From Raillietiella orientalis (Eukaryota), in assembly GCA_036172245.1 (NCBI GenBank), contig JAYWIR010000064.1, forward strand, positions 310,001 to 374,000: a DNA stretch of 64,000 nt, written 5' to 3'. Positions 42,406 to 55,900 of this stretch are shown here, in pieces. The translations under genes and the position numbers were made by a program. Position 1 is the stretch's first letter; the number at the start of each line of letters is the position of its first letter. The notes beneath the pieces are model-generated. The model made no database searches. It worked only from the letters and a program-made list of their open reading frames with translations, and was not told where the DNA came from.

Positions 42406-45400
42406 AATAAAAAAAAAAAATCAGCTCATCGGTTCCGGGCCGGACTAGCGATTAAGCAGATTATTTGAAAATCGTTCCAAAACCAGGAACTCGCCAACGA
42501 AGGAGCGGAACACATGCTCCCAGACACTGGATTGAAATTTTTCGCTGCCAAAAACACAATGAGTGAGCGCGCCCTAAAGGAAAGCTCATAACACAAAATT
42601 AGTTGCTGTTAGCTGTTTGGGTCGAGATAATTATTCTCAGTGCATCTCTCCAATTTGTGATGGACTTCAGGTTTCTCTCGGGCCAGCCTCAAGTTATTCG
42701 ACGCAGCATAAAGCTGAACATGTGAAGCCTCCTGAACGCGTACCTTTCTGGCTAGGGATTCGATCCATCATCCTTTCCGTCATGTTCATCATCGTCCGCA
42801 TCATCAAGCACTGAAAAATTTTTGCTTTTCTTAACAGACGATCACGAACTCTTTGTTGCCACAAATAGTAAGTCTTCTATCTTCGATGTTGTTTCAAAAA
42901 CTCCTTTCCTGAGCATTCCACTTTATGATTCAAAAGTTCCCGTAAGCCTTGATAACCTCGACAAGGATTCCTCAAGGATTTTCCATATTTTGGCCCATGC
43001 CAAAATAAGGAAAAATCTTCCTGAGCTTTCAGCTAATCCTTTTTGTCGGAACGATTTTCTATTTCTGTCCTGATTTCCTCTGCGATGCATGGCTGCTCCC
43101 CAATAGAATTTGCTTTCTTGATAAATGCTCTTAAACAGCGTGGCTCTTTGAATAGCTGAGTTCGTTTTGAGTTTGGTTTAGCTTTCGCCACTGCTGCTGA
43201 ACATACGGAAAGTCCAATTTCTCGATAGCCTTCTCATGTGAGCGGCCACAACGGAGATGCATCACCTATCATGATCCCCAGCTTCCAAGGCTTTGTTCAA
43301 GGTGGACCAGGAGCTCGATGACGCTTGCGGAGGCATCGGATTGCAAAATGCTCTTAGCTATTTGATGTTTCTCGAAGAAACTTTTTCAACCCTATCAGTT
43401 TTCCTTTGTTTTGCGTCAAGTACGTCTCACTTAGCTTTGTGGGCAAAAGCAAACGTAATGTTCTTTCCTTTCACCAAAATGGACAGGCGAAACCGGGAGT
43501 TGGTGAAAGAGACCACCGGGAGTTGAGCTTTCGACGCGCACTGCAATTCCTGAAACGAACTTCCTGCTCTTTTAGTCGAACAAAAATTGAAATTATAAAG
43601 GAGCTTATCAGCTTAAATAAAAAAGCACACACAATACATATAACAACATACAATTCGTAATTAACGAATGAAGACGGTATTTATTAAAAAAAAAAAAAAC
43701 CTGAAAGCGAATGTCTAGGATTTGACCATCATTAGCTATATGTCGCCCCTCTCCCAAACTCCATGTAAACATAAAACATTAAGGAAGACAAATTCTAAAC
43801 GACTGCTGTACTAATGATCAATGCAACAGAATCCCCTGGATGAAGACGCCGTGCAACTGACCACAGTGTTCACATTACAGAGTTGGTTACATCAGCAAGT
43901 TGGCTGGTGGCAGATGCTCTCTCATTAAGAGGATTTTATCCATCTGTATGATGCTTTCTAGGGAAAAGTTCAGGCAATAAATCAGTAAACATGGAAACGT
44001 TAAAGAAGTGATAATAAGCCAATAAATCCAGTTCGGAGGAAAACACACCAAGGAAATAGTCTGCACGAATCGATGTACCCACCGATTCGTCGAGAAATTA
44101 TTATAAAACGTTTAATCACGGTCTTTCTCAAGTGATCATTGCTCGGGTCTTCTACATGTTACCAATGAATGTTGTTTGTATTGCCCTAGATAAGTTCCAA
44201 AGGCAATGCTGATAAGGTCTATGCAAAGGAAAATGCACATGCGAATGTATTTTTCTTCATGAAATGACAATTTCGATATCCATACATCTGAAACAGCGTT
44301 ACTGTCGATGAAAATGCCAATTTGCATTCAAGATATAAAATTTGTCTCAGTGCTTCCCTTCTCCCATATCTGCCTCGCAAATGAGATGTCAGCTTTATGG
44401 TAAGATTTTCATGACTTGACCTGGAGGTTCTATTCGTTGCTATAAAGTTACAAGCCATGGTTTCAGTCAACAAGAGTTTATTATAATTTGGAACACTCAC
44501 ATTGTGCACAATGAAATACATATTTATGTGAAGTAGTTATATTCTGTTTTTACAACATGCTAGGCGCGACCATGGTCACTTCCCCCCCTCCCCCGCGCTA
44601 TTTTGTTCGCTCTTGCTTTCCTTTGCAAAAAAAACTGTGGTCATGTTGTAACCTGCCCTTACAACCAACTACTGCAACCCATCTTTAGTTCTTGAGTTTC
44701 CAAATACTATGACAGACGACATGAGGTTTGGTTTCATTATCATCTTCTAATTAGTGCTGTAGAATGACGCTTTTCAGAAACGAAAAGCACCTCTTGTCAG
44801 CTTCTTAAACCTCAGTGTCCATCAAACTCTTCTTCATCACTTTTTAATAGTGGCAACATGAAACGATACGCGATCATATGGATGCAATGTGGCTCGCGAT
44901 GATGGTTCAAAGTTCACGGAAGTCCTCGGAACATGCACACACGATGATCGGCCAAGTTCTGCTTCCTTCCTTTTCTGTTCCAAAGAGCTAAAGAAACGCC
45001 TTCAACATATTAGTGGATTAAGTTCATCTGGTACGAAACCTTGGCACCCCTGCTTGCAAACGATTCCACCAACAGAGACGGTTTCGCTGCGCACGGTTGC
45101 CCAATTCATCCATCATAGATTGAAGATGAGTCGTTGATTGACAATCCTGAAGCTTTTATGAAAGCAACGATTTTCGAACCAGGGAATTCCATTTTGGGGA
45201 CAAGGGTACATAATAGTGTGAGAAAACATGGAGCGTTCGAATTTTCGAAATTAATGATTTCGCAAAGTTAGGAACATGCAATTTTTCTGAATTCGAATCA
45301 TCTGGAAGGAGTTGTGGAAATACCAAGTCCATTCAACGGATTGTTTTGTGAGAAATTTTCAAAATATCAGTAATATTCCGCGTCACTATACGCAAGCTTT

Positions 45401-46684
45401 TATGATATGTGACTTGATTTTCCTTCATGGTCAAATTGATGGACTTTGACGGAAGTCTTTTTTCATCACAAAAACAGCAGTCCGATGCGAGCATGTGGGG
45501 AGAAGGAAAAAAAAAAGGGGGGGGGGGGGGAAATCAGCTTTATACAAATTGTTTTCGATGTACTTTAATATAAAAAAATATTCGTGGATATCTTCAATAT
45601 TCGCGGATTGAATATTGTCTTATGCACACAATGCGCTGTTCAGCAGACTTCGAAATTTTTAATATCATAGTAAAGGCAGTATCGCTTACTGCTTTACAAT
45701 ATGACCTCGAAAAATAGAAATCGCATTGCCTAACAGCACAATGGCGAGAAAGAAAACTTACTGAATTCAAAACTTAACGGAAGGATGGAAGTAAATAGAA
45801 GGTTCACCTTCTTCAAAAATGGGAACAACGTCCTTAAAGGAAAAGGGAAAACCGAGGCAGAAGAATACAACTCTTGGAGAGATCGCGAGGTTTGAAGGAA
45901 TGCAGTAATCTGACGTGAATGCCGAGTCTTAGATGATTAAACCTACGTTACATCTCTCTAAGTATTTCTTATAATTTGCCTTTTCTCCAGCAACTTACCC
46001 GCGTTCGCACAATCATTCGAAATGGAGCCAGGAGAGCTTTTTTCGTATTGGCTTTGAGAAAGCAGCCTGCTAGCCTCCATTTTCGTTCTTAAAAAGATAA
46101 CCAGAATAAACAGTCTTGATCCAATGTACGCTGAAATCTATGTACACGTGCATGTACACGCGCGCTTCCTTCATATTTTTGGAATGCACGTCCATTTGAC
46201 TTTAGAATCCGGTTTGCTTTCACCTCTTGCCGACCGTGCTGCTTCCCAAAGGTCACGACTCAACATCGTGAGATTCCGTGGCAGTAACAAGGTCACCTTG
46301 GAATGATGGCAAACATACTCCGGGTCACTGAAACCGATCTGAAGTACTTAGTAAGAACGGATTTGTTGTTGTTGTTGATGTCTACAAAAGTGTTTATGCG
46401 GAGGAATCGCAAAATGTGCCCGTTGGAACCAAATACAATAAAAACTGCATTTTGATAAATATCATTTTGTAATTTCAATACAACAGTACAGTATGATTTC
46501 AAAACATGATCTTTCCGTTACATAATATTTCTGATTCGTTTATTTGCCGAAAGACGCAAAAAAAGATTCCGCCTTTTATAATGATAAAAAAAAAAAAAAA
46601 AGGAGAAGAAGAAAAAACAGATCTTCACCACTTTATGTCAGAACTCCGAGGCATTTTTTTCCACATTGCATTGAATATTGCAAC

Positions 46685-46720
<36 letters not shown>

Positions 46721-47543
46721 GTCTGGTCTCAAACAAACAGTTCCTTTGATCAAGTTATACAATATCACAGTTAACAGTCTCAGATCTGTTCAGGAGAAAT
46801 GTTAATAGTGAAACATTTGCTGCAGCGAGATTCTGAGAAGATTCACAAGGGAGAGCGCTAGCATATTATTGAATTGAAGGTATCATCACTAAAAATACGA
46901 AATCTTGCAAGGTTCCATGTAACAAAACTGGGAATAACTAAAACTATCACCTTTTGGAAAAGACACCATCACTGAAAAACACAATTCACTCTATTCCCTG
47001 ATTTGCGAAGTAATGGGGTCCGGGGTCCCAGCTTATGCTGCCACCTCCTTTAGAATTTCCCTTAAAATGGAAAAAAAAAAAAAAAATCAGTTGCCATTCC
47101 AGTTAATCATAAAGTCAAGAATTCATCTCGTAATTTCGCAACATATGTTCAGTATCAAAGAAGTCTCGGGAAGAACAGAGCACAACGCTTCATTTCCAAA
47201 CTAAAATACACACAAAAGGCAATCCTTAAAGTAATCCAAAAGCCTTTAGCGCAAGCAGAATTCTAAAGAATTGGCAATTATAAAGACTCATTTCGGTCAC
47301 TCCTCAAGCGAAAAAAAGCACAACTCGAAACGCCTTTCTACGTCTAACATCTTCTTTTGGGGGGGTGAAGGTGGAAATCAACTTAATTCTGATGATTACC
47401 ACTTGGATTACGCAGAGAGTACTTTAGAAGACTTTTCGGACCCGAAATTCCTCGGGAAGTCTCGACAACTATTAGGACCTCCACTTTCCCATAAAAGTTG
47501 CTCTCGAACTGCCATCAGTCAGTCTCAAAGCAATTTGATAAAG

Positions 47544-47945
47544 ATGGATAAAGGGATTATGAAAATTCTGAACCGAGTGAAAGTGAAGAAGAACTTCACT
47601 TATACCCAGTCGATGACAATTTCACTGATGCCGCACCTGAAGAAAGTGCAAGCGATGACGATTCTGGAATTCGTTCTGGGGATAGAGAAATTACTGCGAA
47701 AAGGCGACGAAGAATCGGAATTACTGAGAGTGAAAATTCTTTCGGAGAAGAAGATGAATGGCGGTCGATAGAACGGATAGCAAAAGGATTCCAAATAGGG
47801 TTAATTCTACAGTACCGCCCGGGGTCACTGGACCACAGATGGCATCTAACACTGCATGGAACCAATAGAATGTTTCTGGTTATTTTTCACAGAAGTGCTT
47901 GCCAAGGGGATCATCGAAGAGGAAACCAACAGCCTCGCGAAAAGA
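47544..47945 (+). pseudogene. piggyBac transposase N-terminal remnant
   Basis: Acidic N-terminus DYENSEPSESEEE...SASDDDSG...KRRRR...EEDEW, then in another frame EPIECFWLFFTEVLAKGIIE/EETNSLA, resembling the piggyBac P..FF..FF.......IV..TN.YA motif. Confidence 0.7.
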
Positions 47946-49921
47946 ACCATCGCAGCGTTTATGTGTTTTTTTCTTTTTTTTCTTTCTTATCAAAGCAAAG
48001 CCATTTCTTTTCAAATTTTCCATTGAGAAAGTGTGCAGCCGAGCTGCTGGTCGGTCGTGTGGACAAACGCTTGGAGTGCAAAGGGTTACTCATAATTCAG
48101 TGTTTTCGTAAATTTCGATGAATGCACATTACACACAGACTTTCATGAACCCATGCGAGAATTTCATAAATATCATCTGCGTTTTGTTCACGCTCCTTAT
48201 GCAATCACTACTAAAGCGCATGCTAACACGAGGACTGACCACAATTACATTACCTTACTGAGTACGAAAAACTGCAATGTATGCAAAAGACAAACGATGT
48301 TAACGTAAATTTTTTGTTTTGAGGACCTATCTTAAGCATCAGCGAATAACGGAAGTACTTCATCAGCTAAAGTGAATGAGCAAATGCGTTCCCACCGAAG
48401 AGAAATCGGAAAATCTTATGAGGTTCCATCTCGCAAACTCTTTTTTCCCATGGACATGAGAAAAAACACACACGTGATTTTTTTAAAGGCATCGCAAACT
48501 TAGAAATCCACAATCAAGCTGTTACCTCTCTATGAGCACTCCGCTTCAATTACAGCACGTATACAGCATATATTTATATTTAGAAATAGGTAAACATGAA
48601 TCAGTTACTGCATATATTTTTTCAAAAAAAAAAGAAATCTTGAAGATTTTCCTCAATGCACAGTTGACTTTCAACTGACTCGTGTAATGCAAGAAAGCTG
48701 CCCACTCCTACTGGACTGCAATGCCACTGCAACATCTCCCAGGTGGACCATTTCATTTTCTGTAATCATCGATTAAGACTCACTCACACATTTCTTTCAG
48801 AGGTGCCTATCTTTAAGTGCAAGGGCTGCTGAACACGGCGAGGGTTCGAAAGGGTCACACGTCCGGGTTTATTTCTTCGTAACGTATTCGAAGGGCAAAA
48901 TGTGTAACGTATTACTGTCGGGACGCAAGGAAGACGGGAAAAGTCGTGTGGGTGCGGTGGCTGTGGAAGTCCCTTGTAGGAAGCGTGACGTCATCCACAT
49001 GAGGTACAGCGGTTTGCATTGCGGGGTAAGAGTTGGAATCAGAGAGTTGGAGAGATGGATGATGGTTTGGCGTGCTCAGAAGATCACCAGTTGTCTTACG
49101 GTTTCTATGAAAAAGAGAGCTGGAGCTAATGAGTACAATGTGGAATACGGTTCAGTTATGTTTGCTTTCTTTCTTGTCTCTACACATGATTACAGATTTA
49201 TGGGAGAACAAGTAGGTTGCTATTTATAGGTAGAGGGAATTAAGGGCTTACTGGTAGTATGTGTAACTTTGTTATGACAGGATGGTTCTTGGATTTCGTC
49301 GTAAGCTGACTTGTGCTCGCAGGTGTTTGGAAGACTTATATGTGATTGTGGCGTACGGCGAGGGAAACACATCTAGCAGATAGTTTGGTTGTAAAAGTAC
49401 ATGCGTATATGTGCCTACTGACATAGTAGAGGGCATTTCTCGACTGCTGGTATGTAGCATGGAGTTGTTTCTGATTTAGACATCGATGTTTCACTTAAAC
49501 CAATAAGCCGAGGAATTGTTTTGGAGGAATAATAGGGACGATGAGAATTAGGGGAAACACGTTGTTGGAGATTCAATACGAATCTTTGAACCGATCTTCA
49601 CCTTCAAACTTCACTTCTACAACGTGATACAAAATGGTTACCTTGGGAAGTCAAAGGGATAACAGATCACTGCTCTACATACATAAACTATTTCCGGGTT
49701 TTGATGGGCATAGATTACGTCCCAACACAGAAACAGTTCTCGCACAACGATAAATTTCTGGCTTCATTAATGTACTGAAAAACACAGAATATTCCCCATT
49801 CCTCTATTCCGGGTATCTGTTTTATCGACTCCAATGGCATTCCCTGTGCGTTACCAGCTTTGCGAACCCCAGAAAGGGGGAAGCGGAAATTTGCAGCAAA
49901 AGAAAGATCCGATTTCATCGT

Positions 49922-52900
49922 TTACCCAATTTCAGGGCTATGATTCCAGAAGAAAAGACAAATGAATGAACACACTTACACATCCAGAGTCTGCAGAGTA
50001 GAATTGGGACACAGGACACTCGTTCGCACATGACAGAACTTATGACAACGTAATTTGCAATCCCGGCACTCGTACGCCTGCTTTCCGAGGCGTCGTGCAA
50101 ACGGAAGTTTGCACACTTCGCAATTAGCAGATCTGGAAAAGACAGCAGTCGGAGGATATTGCGATGATGGTAAGTTCCGGTAATCGAAAGGTCCATCGCG
50201 TTCCGGAGAAAACTTCAACCACATTCATCTTTATGCTTTGCTCAATAAGCTCTTCGCTTATCCATAAGCCAAGTTAACTGATTCGCGGTGAAAACGAAAA
50301 CTTCAAACACCACAGAATTTTACTAGAATTGCTTGCTTTTGCTCATACATGTTCCAAGAACCAGGCATGCATTAAAAAAAAAAAAAAAAAAATGAAGACA
50401 CCAATGCAGGCAAAAGAAAATTCTGAGATAAAAAAAGGAAAAGGAAAATCGTTCCGCGGATTAAAACACGAAAACGGAAAAAGCACTGACCAAGATTTGC
50501 ACACAAAACAGTTGAAAACACACAAAACAAAACAACCAAGATTACTATACTTCTAAAATGATACTAACGAAGGAAGATGCTTTGCCACAAATATGTGATC
50601 ATTAAATAAGTGTAACTTTGTGCCTTTCTTTCCCCACTTCTTATGTATCAAGGACAAAGGTACCATGTAATACCTATTGGAGACATGAAATAATAAGACG
50701 ATGATGAACACTTTACAGACTTTTTTATAGAATTTTCTAAGGTTTCTAAAATCAGAGTGGATGACTCATTGATGTAGGTTTCATCAGTCGCTCCAGTAAC
50801 ACCAGACACGGCCGAAATGGTAGAATGTGTGGACAAACTGTCTCCTGGAGAAAGCCGCTGAACTGAAACACAGCAAAAGACGAGGTCAAACATTAGAAAA
50901 GGGAAATTGGAGTCGTTCGTATCTATTTGAAACTATGAGCACATGCGTTCTTCACTGATTCTATGTTACATATAACTTCTTATACTCCGCACGTGATGGA
51001 TTTCTCGCAAACTTGCAAGTGTGAAGTGTACACTAGAAACGTGCAGCGAAAACAGCTGAGCAAACAACACGAGCCGGAAGGAGAAAGCAGGTCGTAAACA
51101 GTGCTCTGGTCACTGGACACAAAGAGCTCCGGGTATTTACCATTGTACATCACAAGCACGTTTGATTTCGGTGACACGCGAAGGACTTCAGAAAAGATGA
51201 AATGCTTCGATGATGAGTGGCCATGTAGACGGGGCGAGCAGCGAAATAGCAGATTTCCTCCCACAGTTGATGTGACGTGACTTTGCGTGTCAAAGAAAAT
51301 CCAAAGGGTAGCTTGCGAGAGTGTTCCGATAAAACAGGGTGTGGACCGGACCATTGTGGAATCCGGCAAAAGCAGAATAACGGCACGTTTTTCAACCAAA
51401 TAACAGTCCTGGGAGCGGTGGTAAAGGTTAATGGCAACACGTCGTCAACAGCATAGACCGAAAGCGTCAACTTATTCGACATTTATTGGCAACTAGACAA
51501 GGTTGTAATAGTTACATGCACTGGAGAAAATCAAAGGAATAAAAAATGAAGAGCAATGTTAATGAATCAGGATACTTTAGAGTTTCGCACCTTAAACGAG
51601 TAAAGTGGATGGAAAATACGGGAGATGAATCAAACTTGCCATACTCACACTATTCGCAAATCTTCGCTCAGAGCACCACATATTTGATAAATACAGTCAT
51701 TAAGAGAGAAGCATGCAATGTTTATTTAAGCGCAAAATAATAATAATAATAAACAAACACGCAAGTACTGCATTAATCCGAAGCGTCCGCTAACTTGTGA
51801 AATCCCTGACGGTAACGAAGATCGCAAAAGTTCTGTTTCTCACATTGAGGAATTCTGATGGTTGTAAACACAAGATTATTCTGCTACATCGATGAGTGAT
51901 CAGATGTGAGCACGTACTTTATTTATTCTGAAATCTTTTACAATAAAAGTATCGAAATCCACTGCGAAGAAAAATAATATGTATCATTATTTATCACCAC
52001 GCAAGGATAGAAAACAAAGAACCAGAGTCCAGAATCCTCAACCTACCTGGTAGGGAATCCGTTCCTACTTCAAGTGGAACGGATGTTGCTCTTTGCTTAT
52101 CTCGAGAATCATTCGATAACGGTTCGACTGATGAGCTGCGCGATTTGGAGCGATTGAAACGTCTTCTCAATGTACCGAAAAAGTCTCGCTTTTTCCTCAT
52201 ACTACGGCTTCTACCTACAAAGATTCATTGTGGGGATGACAGACCAGAGAATCTCTTTTTCGGACCTATAACTGCAGGTCTCTCAACTGCGGGAGCCAAT
52301 ATGGAAGGAGATTCCTCTTGCACATGAATTTTGAGGTTATGATGCTTGTCATCTGTCTAAAAAGCAAAAGGAAGTAAATAACGGATTCACTTTTAACAGG
52401 GTATACTTCCGATACATCTGAAAGAATGTAAGCAGATAAAAGAAGTGATATACTATAATCGGCACCGGGACCAGCCTATGAACGAATTCATTTTCCATTA
52501 CTGGGAACTCCTGATCCATGTGTAGAATTCGAACACGGATTCCCTTTCTCCAATAACCAATCTCTTATGCATTTCATAGTCTTGCATGCTGCATTGAATG
52601 TATGGTGCGTATGTGTGTGTATTGAATGTAGCAAAAAATCGTGTAAACAAGAATACTCTTTCAATACAAAAGCAATCAATGATGCTTCCGAGAAATCTTC
52701 AAACGAGATTCCCGTCGCCCTAATTCTGGATGCACAAAACCATATATATATATATAAAGCTTGTTGGCTTTCAGGCCGAACTATTTTGTTGGTTTTCCAG
52801 AACCTCATGTTCTGGAAAAACACGTGCCACGTGGAAGCTACTTTTTTTTCTTTTCTTTTTTTTTTTTTGTGGCTAAGTTCGTAAATTACGAATAAAATGA

Positions 52901-55900
52901 ACATGAGATTGAGGCCTGTGTACCAACAAAATGCTGCCGATATCACGTGAACTGAATGGGAAAACACTCCAGAGCTATGCTCCATACATTTGTGTCTTTC
53001 GCGCCTCAGTAACAACTCGATGCCGACTCTTTGACGTCCACAAAAAGGTCAACCCAAAACAAATATTAAAAAAAAAATTGCAAGCAGCTGTGACGAAGTT
53101 AAAATAAAAGTCATGACCAAACTAAAAGTCATGACGATCACGATCCGTTTTCAAAAGCACTTACCGAACTACCTTGAAGAGCATTATTCTTTTCTGACTT
53201 GGTATTTGCTTTTTCATGATCAGATTTCCAAGCATTTGAGCCAAGTTCTGCAGAATTATGACCTGCAAAAACAGCAAACTAATGGTCGTGTTATGCGAAA
53301 GAAGATGAGCATGAATTTATGCTTTAACGAACTTCAAATCATGAACCATTTGAAGTCGATCACACAGAAGCACATAAAAATCTCCGTATAGTTTCAGAAA
53401 TTTCTATGAAATGATTTTAAGTGTCCTTTACATTTTTAGTGTAAGCACCCGATTCATGCATTAACAACACCACGAGTGCACAGGACACACAGAACCAAGA
53501 GGGGGAGCAAAGTTCCGCATATGATGACGTATCTCCAGAACAGGACATCACTCCCGTGCAAACTTTCCTCAAATATCCTCCAGCTTCCCTACTTATAAAA
53601 TGTTCGACTTATTTCCCTGCTGTTTCTGTAGGAACACATTTTTACTGCACTTGGAAGTTGGAGGCAGTCACTGTTGGAATCAAGAGAGAACATAACATCC
53701 CTGTAGCATTTTCAAACATCTTCCTCATGCTACTCACAAAAACTCCATTCCCAGACACTGGTCTGGAGTCTAATGTCAAGCTAGGCTAGCGCTCAAGATA
53801 TTGCCAAGATCGAAAAGAAACTGTGACTTCTAATTATTGTTCCTCGTACTAGGTCAACTACAAATAACCCCTTATAAACCATTAAGTGGTTCACTGGAGT
53901 TGAATGCCATTATGGGATGTTTCTACCGATTTACCTCCCTATTGCTCATAAATGTCATCGTTTCCATAAACGGCCATCCATATAAGGCACTCAACCTTAC
54001 AATTCGGCTATTAGATTCAATTTCCCATGTTGCATGCTCTGCTTTTGGAGCACTCTCAATACCAAAAGGTCGACTCCAACACAACACATTTATTTTCACG
54101 TTGATTTCTTTCATACTTTCGCTTGAACTCCATAAATAAAATATTCGATTGGACACTAAGAAGCAACTTTAAAAGTGCACATTTAAAATACTCAAATTCC
54201 TGACTCATGTTTGCAGATATATATATATATATATATAACAAATTCCCAAACTCCCTAGACCTACGTTAAAAATTGACCGACGGATACGAATTCTTTTTCG
54301 TAATTCCCTTTTGAAGCAAAAGCTTAGGACTGGAAATATGCTTGGGAAAACTCTTATCCATCAACACCATACGATGATAAAACGCAGGAAAACTATGCCA
54401 ACCACAAACTCATCATACAATATACCAATCCGAACGGATGCATGAGACGTTGATCCTGTGTTTTCACTGCATAGGACCTTGGCTACACTCCACCCAAGGA
54501 CACCTCCAAAACCGTTCTAACAGCTGACCATCCACTTGCACTTTTTTAGTCAAGTACGCCCTAGAGTATATTCTTAATCCACGGACACCACAATATCGAG
54601 AGAAACAACCTGACGTCTCCTCGTGACCAGCAATCACCGCTTCCGCATGCTCATAAGGTTTGCCATACATCGAAGCGAAGTGCTCCCTCTGAGGAGCTGA
54701 TTGGCACAACAACAAATTCCGATACGAAACTTTCATTCCGAACTCCTCCCCCATGTTTCCTATGGTCAAACCCAGTGACATGGGCTCGAACTTTGTTGCA
54801 CATCCCTTTATCCTAACATATCTGTAATGCTTTGCAAACTGATCCAAACTCAAAGTCTTCAACAATTTCCCAATCGACATATAGTTCTCCAAATAAGCAA
54901 ACATCCAGCTGCAGTTCACATGGTCACCATCCGCTGTACGCAAACTCGAATAAGCCGACGAAGGTTGCGTATAATCCCTTACTACTACACGCGCACAACG
55001 AGACAAACGCCAACTTGGATTTCTATACATCTTTACACGTCGACGGCGCACATTCCAACGCCGACGACGCTTATATGTACTATATCCTCTCTTTTTCCAC
55101 GAGACAAACGCCGACGTTTACCAGACGTCCAAGAAGATACACGCTTCCTCTTTCTGGAACGAACAGAGCGAGGTTTCGCCATTCCGCTGCTTGACAGCGT
55201 ACTGACGACCTAAGTCAACCCCCCTCCCTTTTTCAATATTGCTGGTGGGCACGCCCACCCGACTTTATCAGCCTTCCACGAGGTCGGGTTACGCCACGCA
55301 CTTCCCAGGTGGACAGCAACAGCCTGTTCCGGATTCCTAAGTCCTCCACGATTGCGGACAAAAACCAGCTGCTAAATCCACTTACAACATATCGGAATTT
55401 CCGAAGGATTTACGTTGTCATCAAATTGCAATCTGGGTAATACTATTTACCAGATTGCATTTTCTGCGCACTTACGCAGTATATATACAAACTACACACA
55501 ACGTAAACCAAGTCTTGCTTACTGTGAATTTCCGAAAGCACGCAAAACGCTTTACGCATTATTTTTCAATTGGTGCCTAACACTTTGCAACTTCACAGAA
55601 GACGACCTAAAGGAAATCAAAGACTGGTGCAGATGCAACTGCTACTTCGCCTGCATAGGCAAAGAGACTTCCACCACTGGCACGCCACACCTACAGGGAT
55701 ACATACAACTAAAAGAACCTCGCACTTTGGCAGGACTCAAACGCAAGCCCTTCCAGAAATGCCACCTCGAAAAGGCGAGAGGTTCACCACGGAGCAACCT
55801 ACGGTACCGCACAAAAGAAGATAGAAACGCATGGACGTACGGAGCTATCCAAGAATCCAATGAGCCAGCTACATATCAGGATCTGGTAAGCCAAAAATTA

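Noticed and set aside
41747..42406. 219-aa and 201-aa overlapping ORFs
   Set aside because: They arise from GC-rich, purine/pyrimidine-biased low-complexity DNA and show no domain.
54827..55213. Plus-strand ORFs of 128 and 120 aa within the EVE
   Set aside because: They are antisense shadows of the Arg-rich cap and contain no motifs.
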